Origin: a virus
Lineage: Duplodnaviria; Caudoviricetes
DNA length: 64,000 nucleotides
Virus record (IMG/VR): IMGVR_UViG_3300037721_000031
Location: 96,001-160,000 of that record
Direction: 5' to 3' (one strand)
The notes below the pieces were generated by a model. It had not been told where the DNA came from and ran no database searches. It was given only the letters and a program-made list of their open reading frames with translations. Positions within the stretch are counted from its first letter, which is position 1, and each line of letters begins with the position of its first letter. The position numbers and the translations under genes were made by a program. Positions 29,554 to 38,437 of the stretch are shown here, one piece after another.

Positions 29554-29737
29554 ATCAGCTTCATTAAATAATGCGAATAGAGAGCTTTTATTATTTTATA
29601 ATAATAAAAATTGGACAGTTGGTGATCTATCTAAAGAATTTGGTATTAAGTATTAGACACTCTACGACCGTATCTTTACTAAAAGATGGAGTGCTGATAA
29701 GTCCATTAATACACCTGTTAATGTTAGGAGTACATAA

Positions 29738-30814
29738 ATGGATCTCATCCTGAAACCAACTTCCGCTTGCAATTTTCGCTGCACGTTTTGCAGTTCAACA
29801 GTTTTAAGTGAAAATGATTCGGATGTACTGGATCTATCTTACGTACGAGAGTTTCTCGTACGTTTCCCAAATACACGAACCATCATAGTCAATGGTGGTG
29901 ATCCGCTAATGATGAGACCAGAGTACTATTGGGAGATTATCAGTATACTTGAAGAACTGGGGCTGAAAGATACCACGATATCACTTACAACTAATCTATG
30001 GGCATTCTACAAAAAGCCTGAGATGTGGCAGGATCTTTTCAAACATCCTCAAGTTGGAGTAGCAACAAGTTTCCAGTATGGTAATGCACGCTTGAAAGGT
30101 GACTATAAGCCTTATACAGAAGAAGAGTTCTGGAAAGTATCTGATTTGTTTTTAGAACGTATTGGATACAGGCCTAGTTTCATTGCGGTCATTACAAAAG
30201 AAAACGAAGACTCAGCAATACAGACTGTTGAATTGGCTAAGAAGATGGGTGTAGTGTGTAAGGTCAATTATGCAGTAGCTTCTGGCCCTAAGAAAACCAC
30301 ATTCAAAGGTATCACAATTGGTAATGCTGGTAGTACGTATGTGCTGTCTGACATTTACGAAATGTATATCAAGATCCATGAAGCAGGATTGACGCAGTGG
30401 GAACATAACACTTCACAAATGGCTGTACGTTTGCGTGGTGAGAACACTACATGCCCACAAGCTCGTGATTGCGACAGCGCTATTAGAACTTTACAGCCTG
30501 GAGGTAAATACTACTCCTGTGGGGCTTTTGGTGATGATGGTCTGTACCCCATCGACTTTAAAAAAGAAATGACTGGAGAGCTCGCTAGGCCCCTGCAAAC
30601 GCATGAGCTAATGTCATTGAAAACTGCGTGCTTCGAATGCCCGATGTTTGATATCTGTAATGGGTGTAGGAAAACTACTCACGATTTGAAGACACTAGGT
30701 TTAGTAGAAACACATTGCAAGAAAATGAAGACTCTTGCATCCAAGATCATTGAGATCAACGGTATGTCTGATGTGCTTAAACCTACTCCTTACATTAAGG
30801 AATATGAAGAATGA
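29738..30814 (+). CDS. Radical SAM/SPASM protein 5
   Basis: CNFRCTFC, NGGDPL, CPQARDC...YSCG...CFECPMFDICNGC...C. Confidence 0.9.
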   Translation: MDLILKPTSACNFRCTFCSSTVLSENDSDVLDLSYVREFLVRFPNTRTIIVNGGDPLMMRPEYYWEIISILEELGLKDTTISLTTNLWAFYKKPEMWQDLFKHPQVGVATSFQYGNARLKGDYKPYTEEEFWKVSDLFLERIGYRPSFIAVITKENEDSAIQTVELAKKMGVVCKVNYAVASGPKKTTFKGITIGNAGSTYVLSDIYEMYIKIHEAGLTQWEHNTSQMAVRLRGENTTCPQARDCDSAIRTLQPGGKYYSCGAFGDDGLYPIDFKKEMTGELARPLQTHELMSLKTACFECPMFDICNGCRKTTHDLKTLGLVETHCKKMKTLASKIIEINGMSDVLKPTPYIKEYEE

Positions 30815-31866
30815 GCTACAGTAACTCAGTATCTCTTATACTTGAAGGGAGTCAGGGTTGCCAAATGAATTGTACTGGGTGCCGTATAAACAAAGCATCG
30901 TCATACTTTCCTTCTGAAAGAGAACAGTACGATATAGACGCATTCCTAGACAGTGTTGTAGCTGATGGTTTAGAGCTGGATGAGGTGGAGCTTGGACCTA
31001 CTGATTTATTGTCTGCAAGTAATCGAGTAGAGTTTTTTAGTCCCTATTTGAAGGTATTAATTGAGCGCTTTAAACTAGCAGCTTTTCAAGTATCTCTTAT
31101 TCATCCGAGAGAATCTGTGGAAGGTTTTGTAGCTGATATTAACAAAGTAGCTAACTCAAATTCTAAGATTAATCTTACAACACCGCTTGAAGTGAAGCAT
31201 GTCTTTAATGATAAGTATATTCAGCGTATTAAAGATAATGTTGAAATTATTCGGCAAGGCTCTATTTCTCGTGTAGATGAAGTGGTCTTGAGTGTCGTCT
31301 TCGATATTGATATACTGTCTAATATTGGTTCTAAATATAACTACGAAGAACTCTTTTGCAGAGTGCGTAACTTATCTATAGGTCCTGACACATTAGTAGA
31401 TTTTGTTTTTCATCACGGTCGTGGTGATCTAACTGATCCTGTCGTAGGTAAGAACTTTATAAAATCATTTAAAGAAGTAAATCGCTTCTTTACTAATGAT
31501 TTTGAACGTAATGCAGATATGCCTACAGTAAGAAAAATGCCTTCTCAGCTAGTGGTGCCAAATGACCGTCCAGTGGAAGTTGTTTGGAGAGCAGGTAAGT
31601 TATTCATCAGACCAATCTTAAATGAAGGTTTTGTAATTGAAGACTCTCGTTTTGAGATTTCTAAGCCTTGGGATGCATCGACATATCGTACAAAGTTGAT
31701 TGAAGACATAACTCGCAATCTGGAATATTCGGAACAGATAGATGATTGTCAAAGCTGTCAACACGTGATGCTGTGTGCCTCACGTTCCATGCATGACGTA
31801 TTACAAATGGTTGGTAGTAAGCATTGTTTCTACTTGCTTAAAGACTATAAACCAATTGAATTGTAA
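30811..31866 (+). CDS. Radical SAM protein 6 (GPTD subtype)
   Basis: GCQMNCTGC, LGPTDLLS, C-terminal CQSCQHVMLC...HC; ATGA overlap with rSAM5. Confidence 0.8.
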   Translation: MSYSNSVSLILEGSQGCQMNCTGCRINKASSYFPSEREQYDIDAFLDSVVADGLELDEVELGPTDLLSASNRVEFFSPYLKVLIERFKLAAFQVSLIHPRESVEGFVADINKVANSNSKINLTTPLEVKHVFNDKYIQRIKDNVEIIRQGSISRVDEVVLSVVFDIDILSNIGSKYNYEELFCRVRNLSIGPDTLVDFVFHHGRGDLTDPVVGKNFIKSFKEVNRFFTNDFERNADMPTVRKMPSQLVVPNDRPVEVVWRAGKLFIRPILNEGFVIEDSRFEISKPWDASTYRTKLIEDITRNLEYSEQIDDCQSCQHVMLCASRSMHDVLQMVGSKHCFYLLKDYKPIEL

Positions 31867-31913
31867 AGTAACAATATCTACGTTTCAATTCTACTGTTGA
31901 ATGGAGAAAAAAT

Positions 31914-33032
31914 ATGGCATTCAACGAGAAGGCTGCTGCATTAATTTTCGAAGTCACTCATGGTTGTCAGTATAGCTGTACAGGCTGTACTGTAAATAAA
32001 CAATCCTCTAACTTACCAGATGAAGAAAGCTTTAATACACTGATCGCTTTCTTAGACAACCTGGAATATAACGGAATAACATTATCAGAGTTAGAATTAG
32101 GACCGACAGATTTAATGACGTCGATTAATAGGGATGAAGTTTTATCGCATCCTACGTTTAACGCTATGGCTAAACGTTTCCAATTATTAACGTTTATTGT
32201 CGGCTTAATTCTACCTAAAGAAGATGATTACATTAGGTTAGCACACCAGTTAAATCTACTTACTGATAAGGTGGACATTGGAATAGTCACTCCAATAGAA
32301 CTTACACATGTTGGCAATGATAAGTATCTGCGTACGATAGAGAAGAATGTTAGAACTTTAATTGATCATCTAGATGCACCGCTTGTAGAAATTATTTTAC
32401 AAGTACAGTTCGACGCAAGGTTTCTTACTCAACGTCAAGTAGGTTCACCGTCTTACGATAATTTATTTGATAAAATTCATAGCTTAGATTTACCTGTACG
32501 TACAAAAGTGAACTTTACATTACCTCATGGTAGATCAAAGCTGGAGTCGGAATTAGTAGCAGGTAACTTTTTAGATTCCATACAAGCTCTTAACACATTC
32601 TATCTGCGAGATATGAAGCGACGTGCTGGTAGTCTGGAACGGCGTCATCTTCCGTTTCAACTATTAAATCCTCGCCACAGCGGTGAAGTACTTTGGCACG
32701 ATAATAACTTGTATATTAGGCCAGTTATTAACGAGAGATTTACTGCACTGAGTGAAGACCGTAAATTTACACAGCCATGGACGTATGATAGTTTTGTAAC
32801 TACTTCTCTAGAGATGACAAATCGTTCTTTAGAGAAAGGATTACAGTTTGAAGATTGTGTCAGTTGTGAGCATTTAATGACTTGTGCTAACAGAGGTATT
32901 CATGAAGTGATGGATGTTGTCGGTACTAGCAAGTGCATTATGCTTCTGAAGAATTATGGCTATTTATGTACTCCCCTGCAGAATGGGGAATTTGGTGAAA
33001 TTGATTGGGGTACTATTCTGCCTCTCCCATGA
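31914..33032 (+). CDS. Radical SAM protein 7 (GPTD subtype, tandem paralog of rSAM6)
   Basis: GCQYSCTGC, LGPTDLMT, HGR, L(Y/F)IRP.(I/L)NE, CVSCEHLMTC...KC. Confidence 0.8.
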   Translation: MAFNEKAAALIFEVTHGCQYSCTGCTVNKQSSNLPDEESFNTLIAFLDNLEYNGITLSELELGPTDLMTSINRDEVLSHPTFNAMAKRFQLLTFIVGLILPKEDDYIRLAHQLNLLTDKVDIGIVTPIELTHVGNDKYLRTIEKNVRTLIDHLDAPLVEIILQVQFDARFLTQRQVGSPSYDNLFDKIHSLDLPVRTKVNFTLPHGRSKLESELVAGNFLDSIQALNTFYLRDMKRRAGSLERRHLPFQLLNPRHSGEVLWHDNNLYIRPVINERFTALSEDRKFTQPWTYDSFVTTSLEMTNRSLEKGLQFEDCVSCEHLMTCANRGIHEVMDVVGTSKCIMLLKNYGYLCTPLQNGEFGEIDWGTILPLP

Positions 33033-33052
33033 TTATTCTTTAGGAAATTGAC

Positions 33053-33538
33053 GTGAATAAAGCTGAAATTATGACGATGATCGAACCTTACTCGACATAC
33101 GTGCAAGTGATGCTTGATAGAATTAAGAATAAACGAGAATCTTATTCTAAGATGCTTGACAATCACTCTACCTTTTTAGAGCAGATAGCTACTCTTGGTT
33201 TAATAATTCCTCGACAACAGTGCGCTAGTATGTGGTTAACTCATGAATTTACTACGCGTAATAGTGGCGACATTATCTATGGGTACGGAAGTCTCCGATA
33301 TGTGATTTCTTCTAATTACAGTAATTGTTTGGACATGACGTTCAATGATGATTTAGTAAGTAGAATGAAGACCACTGATGACATTCGCACAAGTATTACT
33401 CACGATATCCCACCATCTGGAGATTTTATTTTTATTGATGGATCTCGTCAATTATTTAAGTGTGTGAGGGCTGGTAAATTCTATAATTGGTTAGCTAATC
33501 ACGTGGATATTAACTTTACCATAGTTTGTCTTAACTGA
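33053..33538 (+). CDS. Hypothetical protein
   Basis: 161-aa ORF, GTG start after AGGA. Confidence 0.5.
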   Translation: MNKAEIMTMIEPYSTYVQVMLDRIKNKRESYSKMLDNHSTFLEQIATLGLIIPRQQCASMWLTHEFTTRNSGDIIYGYGSLRYVISSNYSNCLDMTFNDDLVSRMKTTDDIRTSITHDIPPSGDFIFIDGSRQLFKCVRAGKFYNWLANHVDINFTIVCLN

Positions 33539-33545
33539 AAGTAAA

Positions 33546-34505
33546 GTGATGTTAGCTAATCCAAATGGCATTATACACATTAGCTTGAATCCAAGCTATC
33601 ATTGTAACTTTCGTTGTAAGAACTGCTACCTCACTGAAGAACAACTAAGCAACCGTCAGCTATTACAGTTAGAAGAGTTGGATAAACGCCTTACTGAAAT
33701 CAAAGCATCAGGTCACACCCTAGGCCATATGGACATCTACGGTGGAGAGGTGATGATTCTGCCTAAAGGTTATATTCAAAGTGTTAAAAGCATTTTACAT
33801 AATCACGGCATAAATGAAATTGAAATTATCACCAACTTATCCGCACTAAATAAAGATATAGTAGATGATGAAGATTTTGGTATTAGCGTTAGCTATGACT
33901 TCACAGCTAGAGAACGTCATGGTGAAGTATATGAAAATATGCTTAAGATGAGTAGGCATTTCACTGTACTTACTTTAGCCACACCTGAAGTAATTAAGAT
34001 GGATGTTGACGAATTGATAATGGAACTGAATACGCTTGGTAACATGTATTGTTGGGAAATAAAGCCGTATAGTACTAATCAAGCTAATCAATCCAGTGTT
34101 ACGTTTAGTGAGTTTGAAGAGTTTATTAAACGAATTTTTCAAAGCCTTATCCCTAAGAATTTTGAATTCTTGAATGCGTCTATTTTGTATGATGCTGTTA
34201 AAGGTGAACGTAATTCATTTTCAGACGACCACATCTACATTACTCCTACCGGTAAATTCGCTGTGTTAGAGTTTGATCTTAATGATAATGAATACTTTTT
34301 AGAACTTGATAACTTCGACAAGTATCTGGAGTGGTGCGTTATTGAAAAGAATAGAGTATTCAACAATAAGTTCTGTTCACAATGCGAGTTCTCAGGGAAA
34401 TGTTTATCTGAGCATTTACGGAAAGTAACGTCTCTCGATAATAGCTGCAACGGGCTTCATAATTTGATACAGTGGGCGAAGACTAATGTGGAAGTAAGAG
34501 TATGA
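33546..34505 (+). CDS. Radical SAM protein 8
   Basis: CNFRCKNC, YGGEVM, C-terminal CSQCEFSGKC...C (reduced SPASM). Confidence 0.87.
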   Translation: MMLANPNGIIHISLNPSYHCNFRCKNCYLTEEQLSNRQLLQLEELDKRLTEIKASGHTLGHMDIYGGEVMILPKGYIQSVKSILHNHGINEIEIITNLSALNKDIVDDEDFGISVSYDFTARERHGEVYENMLKMSRHFTVLTLATPEVIKMDVDELIMELNTLGNMYCWEIKPYSTNQANQSSVTFSEFEEFIKRIFQSLIPKNFEFLNASILYDAVKGERNSFSDDHIYITPTGKFAVLEFDLNDNEYFLELDNFDKYLEWCVIEKNRVFNNKFCSQCEFSGKCLSEHLRKVTSLDNSCNGLHNLIQWAKTNVEVRV

Positions 34506-34933
34506 AAGAATGGAAAGATTATCAGGAAATATATCGTCGATTAGTAACTGAACATACTGATGCGCGTCATCTACATAAGCGTGTAATGAGTGATGAAAAA
34601 GTAGATAACGCAATTCGCTATGTTCAAGCCCAAGATGATTATGGTATTTATCCTGCTAAGAGTTACATTATAGCGATCATATATGCATTCATGATACAGG
34701 AAGTATATGGTGAAGATCTGTATGAATCATTGAACGATCCTGAGTTACTTCCTCAAGATGATTTCTTTGTTACGTATGAAGAAGACTCTGAAACCTACGA
34801 TGCTATTCTTACTAAACTAGAAGGAATTCCTGACTGGATTAAAGGTGGTTGGGCTCCTAGAACAGTCGAGTACTTCTATGCCGAGTGTACTGAAGAAGGT
34901 GTGAATTCTATTAATGGAGTCATTAATGAATAA
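34502..34933 (+). CDS. Unknown rSAM-cluster partner protein C (acidic)
   Basis: 143 aa, translationally coupled to rSAM8. Confidence 0.6.
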   Translation: MKEWKDYQEIYRRLVTEHTDARHLHKRVMSDEKVDNAIRYVQAQDDYGIYPAKSYIIAIIYAFMIQEVYGEDLYESLNDPELLPQDDFFVTYEEDSETYDAILTKLEGIPDWIKGGWAPRTVEYFYAECTEEGVNSINGVINE

Positions 34934-35123
34934 CCCATTTAAGAACAGAGCTGCTGAAACAATGGGACATGAGAGTCCTCCAGAATTTAGAAGAACTTCT
35001 GGATCTGTAATTTGTCAGACTTGCGGTAAAGAGTATCGCAGACATCCTGGTAGTGAGCATAAAGACTGGAATGGTGACTACTTTCTGAAACAGTTATGTG
35101 ATGGAAGCTTGGTAAAGCTATAA
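34914..35123 (+). CDS. Small CxxC zinc-finger-like protein
   Basis: ICQTCGKEYRRHP...LCDG; last gene before the terminator. Confidence 0.55.
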   Translation: MESLMNNPFKNRAAETMGHESPPEFRRTSGSVICQTCGKEYRRHPGSEHKDWNGDYFLKQLCDGSLVKL

Positions 35124-35165
35124 AGCAGCATAAAAGCCTGGCAATTGCCAGGCTTTTATGCTGCT
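35124..35165. terminator. Perfect 42-bp palindrome, bidirectional terminator
   Basis: AGCAGCATAAAAGCCTGGCAA|TTGCCAGGCTTTTATGCTGCT between convergent genes. Confidence 0.75.
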
Positions 35166-35181
35166 ATGTAAATACAATCAA

Positions 35182-35847
35182 TTACTTATCGAGAGTAGGA
35201 TTTTTCTTAAGAAAGATGGTCTCATACAACTCAGAAATCTTCTTCTTTTGTTCAGGATCCTGAGTAGTATCATAAATCAATTCAGAAGTCTTAAGTGGTA
35301 ATTCAGGAATATCTACAGGTACATCCTTGAACTCTAAGTCAATTTTAACCCACTCGTAGTAGGTGCCGTCTTCTTTAAGGTATACGTCTACTTCGAATAC
35401 TAATTCAGTCCCGTTAATAGGAAAATGGAAACGATGTTTACACATTCCATTTTCAGCTAAGAGCTTAAACAAGTCAAACATGTCTTTACTAGCAGGAAGA
35501 GGAACTTCTGCACGATCATCAGCTTTACGTTCTGCTTTAACAGTAATCACATATTGAACAGAATCTTCGTTAGTATCTGTAAGTTCGAAACCTTTATCAG
35601 TCTTGGTTAAAGGTATGATCTTGCGGACACGCATAGTGCCCTTGGCTGCATTCTTATCAGTCTTAGGTAGTTTGATCTGCCATTGCTCTTGCGAGTCTAC
35701 AGAGACCGCATTATTCAGTTCACTTAGATCTGAGAGCTTAGCATAAATAACACGCTCACGTTCACGAAAGAGCTTACCATCTTGGACATCTTCTTCCATG
35801 CCGATCTCTAACGACATAATAGCTAATAATTGATTTTTCTTCGACAT
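35182..35847 (-). CDS. CYTH-like (triphosphate tunnel) domain protein
   Basis: ERER.IY, QEQWQI, MRVRK, YVITVK, K.RF.FP, FEVDVY, WVKIDLE pattern typical of the CYTH fold. Confidence 0.6.
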   Translation of the reverse strand: MSKKNQLLAIMSLEIGMEEDVQDGKLFRERERVIYAKLSDLSELNNAVSVDSQEQWQIKLPKTDKNAAKGTMRVRKIIPLTKTDKGFELTDTNEDSVQYVITVKAERKADDRAEVPLPASKDMFDLFKLLAENGMCKHRFHFPINGTELVFEVDVYLKEDGTYYEWVKIDLEFKDVPVDIPELPLKTSELIYDTTQDPEQKKKISELYETIFLKKNPTLDK

Positions 35848-35913
35848 AATCGTAAGTCCTAATTTAAAAGTAATACTAGAAGCACTATCACATATAAAGT
35901 AGATTGCGACATA

Positions 35914-35949
35914 AAGAACTACTGACCCATTATAGAGTCAGTAGTTCTT
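35914..35949 (-). terminator. Hairpin
   Basis: 13-bp stem AAGAACTACTGAC/GTCAGTAGTTCTT. Confidence 0.55.
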
Positions 35950-35970
35950 ATAGTCTTAAAACACATCTAC

Positions 35971-36249
35971 TCATACTGGCGCTAATATGATTTTTATAAT
36001 TTCAGATAATGTCTGAAGGAATAGACCAATAGTACTTTCTTTTATAGAAGACTTACTAGTCACAGACAAATACAAAAATGTTAACACAACAAGAGTAGTG
36101 AGTAATGCTAATGTCAATATCAGTACTTTGACAATCCAGTGCTTCAGGCGTCTTACTTCAGCCTTTTCATTAGCATCAGCTACATTACACATTACTTCTT
36201 TATCGTTTTTAGCGTTTTTACGTATGGATGTTATCTTTAGCTTATTCAT
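35971..36249 (-). CDS. Small membrane protein
   Basis: 92 aa with long hydrophobic helix WIVKVLILTLALLTTLVVLTFLYLSV. Confidence 0.5.
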   Translation of the reverse strand: MNKLKITSIRKNAKNDKEVMCNVADANEKAEVRRLKHWIVKVLILTLALLTTLVVLTFLYLSVTSKSSIKESTIGLFLQTLSEIIKIILAPV

Positions 36250-36316
36250 GCTTCACTACCTATTAAAGCCTACAAACAATAAGGGATCGGTAGTGTAATC
36301 CTAATTTACTATATTA

Positions 36317-38437
36317 TTAATTTCCAGGTGGCGATAACATGGAATATAGTTCTTGTACCTGTGCTTCAAGTTGCAGTATCCTAGCGTCGGATGCTTTTAC
36401 CTTAGCATGAAGTTGTTGAGTAGCTTTAATAAGAGGCGATATGAATTGTTCATATCTCAGAGCTTGCGATGAATCGGGATTGTTAACATCTTCTAAAACC
36501 CATCCAGCAAAGTCTTCAACGTTGAGTGTATCCAGAACTTGTTTTACTTGCTGAGCACTTAAACCATAATGCCTGCGAACGCCAGGAATTAATGTCTGAG
36601 TATTTTCTCCATCTTCAGATACAGCTATTTGTCCAACTATTTTACGGTAAGATATAGCCCAAAGCAGATCTATAAAATCTAACCCTAGGGCTGAGTCTTC
36701 TACATCAGTCTTAGTACGTATATCTGACGTCACAGTTACAGCATTAGCTGAAAAAATATCTCTATATGCTGTAGTTAATTCACCAAGATCTCGTGCGTTA
36801 TGTGTCTGAGATACGAACGCATTACTACCATACATGAACGCTGCGACATTGTTAGCTGCTAGACCTACAACACCAGCCGCCTTCTTATACATCCCATCAG
36901 TTGGACCGGTTGTACTAGTTGGAATGAATGATGTTGCTTCTAAACCTGCAGTCGTAGTAGATGCAATAGTGACGCCAGCATGCTTTACAATAACGGCACC
37001 TTTACTACCGCCGCCAGTACTATTACCTGATCCAATAGTTACGGTACCACCATTACCACTACCGGTAGTATCACCGCCTAAGAGTTCAACATTACCTGAA
37101 TGTGAGACACCTGCACCTGCACCACCTTTAAGTCTCAGTACACCAGCATCTCTAACACCTGAAGTCGCATCACCAGTAATTATCGTTAGTGACGCAGACT
37201 CTGTTCCAGAAGCTGCAGTCGCTGTCCTAATGATACTTATACCAGCGCCTGTACCAAGTTGTACAGTATTAGTAGCACTATCATACGTCAATGAACTACT
37301 GCCACTTAACAGATTAGAACCATCACCCACACCGATCTGTTTATTATTAAGTGTTGCTGAGCTACTGATAGACTTCCATGTTCCATCACCGCACCAGAAT
37401 GTAGTACCGCTAGCATTAGTACCGCTGTTAAGGTTTGCTACCGGTAAATTACCAGTGATGTGAGCAGTTAAATCAACCTTACCATAGCTAGGAGCTACAC
37501 CTACACCACCAGAAATTAATACATTACCAGTTGCAACACCTGCAAGCTTACTCAAAGTGTTTGTCGCACTAGCGTAAGGAAGATCACCAGTGGTCCAGCT
37601 AGTAATGTTAGTACCACCGTAAGCAGTACCAATCGGTGTTGCATTCCATGTAGCTGTTGTAACTGTACCTAACGTATTAATAGATGTTTGGCCAGCATAA
37701 GTAGCTGAAACTGTGACTGTAATGTTACCAGCTACACCATCTTCATTAGTTACAGTAATCTTATCAGCAGTACCAGTAACTAAACGTACTTGCCAAATAT
37801 TAGTAGCCGTACGAACTGCAATACCAGTACCGGAGATACCTTCAACAGCCTCTAAATCATCAGATAACGCCAGTGTGCGTGTACTCGTACCTGAAACAGT
37901 TATACCCGCAGCGGGTTGGACTATACTAGAGACCGCATCATTAGCTGTAGATAACGCGGTACTAGCATCACTGGCTGCAGAATTAGCAGCAGTCAGTGCG
38001 TCATTAGCGTTGTCTGCCGCAGTACCTGCAATTGCTAGTGCGGAGTTAGCTGTGGCATTAGCACCACTAGCGGTACTACTGGCAGCAGCGGCAGCTTGTA
38101 ATGCGTCAGCAGCATCATCAATTGCTGTTACAGCGTTAGAATTTGCAGATGACGCCATCTGACTTGCTTCGCTTATTTGTTGTCCAAGTGTAGACTCTAC
38201 CGTACTAATGGCAGTTGCAACAGTACTAATTTCTCCAGACAAGTTTACAGATAACTGACTTATCTGTGTAGACACGTCAGTAGATAATTGACTTATTGCA
38301 GTATCAGTATCATTAGAAAGTGTACTAATTTGTCCAGAAAGATCGTCTGACGTTTCACTAATCTGAGTGAAAGCTTGAGTAATACGCTTATTAACACCAA
38401 GAGCATCAATTGCCTTAGCAACTTGAGCAATAGTCAT
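36317..38437 (-). CDS. Tail fibre/spike with C-terminal peptidase S74 intramolecular chaperone
   Basis: N-terminal coiled coil, G/T/A-rich shaft, C-terminal TSDIRTKTDVED...HYGLSAQQV...LRYEQFISPLIKATQQL. Confidence 0.8.
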   Translation of the reverse strand: MTIAQVAKAIDALGVNKRITQAFTQISETSDDLSGQISTLSNDTDTAISQLSTDVSTQISQLSVNLSGEISTVATAISTVESTLGQQISEASQMASSANSNAVTAIDDAADALQAAAAASSTASGANATANSALAIAGTAADNANDALTAANSAASDASTALSTANDAVSSIVQPAAGITVSGTSTRTLALSDDLEAVEGISGTGIAVRTATNIWQVRLVTGTADKITVTNEDGVAGNITVTVSATYAGQTSINTLGTVTTATWNATPIGTAYGGTNITSWTTGDLPYASATNTLSKLAGVATGNVLISGGVGVAPSYGKVDLTAHITGNLPVANLNSGTNASGTTFWCGDGTWKSISSSATLNNKQIGVGDGSNLLSGSSSLTYDSATNTVQLGTGAGISIIRTATAASGTESASLTIITGDATSGVRDAGVLRLKGGAGAGVSHSGNVELLGGDTTGSGNGGTVTIGSGNSTGGGSKGAVIVKHAGVTIASTTTAGLEATSFIPTSTTGPTDGMYKKAAGVVGLAANNVAAFMYGSNAFVSQTHNARDLGELTTAYRDIFSANAVTVTSDIRTKTDVEDSALGLDFIDLLWAISYRKIVGQIAVSEDGENTQTLIPGVRRHYGLSAQQVKQVLDTLNVEDFAGWVLEDVNNPDSSQALRYEQFISPLIKATQQLHAKVKASDARILQLEAQVQELYSMLSPPGN

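Noticed and set aside
29571-29753. 60-aa ORF between NUDIX and rSAM5
   Set aside because: AT-rich, no RBS, no motif; more likely an intergenic/promoter region.
20598-34505. rSAM genes as 7-deazaguanine DNA modification (QueE) or anaerobic RNR activase (NrdG)
   Set aside because: No queC/queD/folE/dpdA or nrdD in the window. The SPASM-like extensions and the copy number do not fit those small enzymes.
36834-38162. + strand ORFs of 209 and 149 aa opposite the S74 fibre
   Set aside because: Antisense to Gly/Thr/Ala-rich coding sequence.
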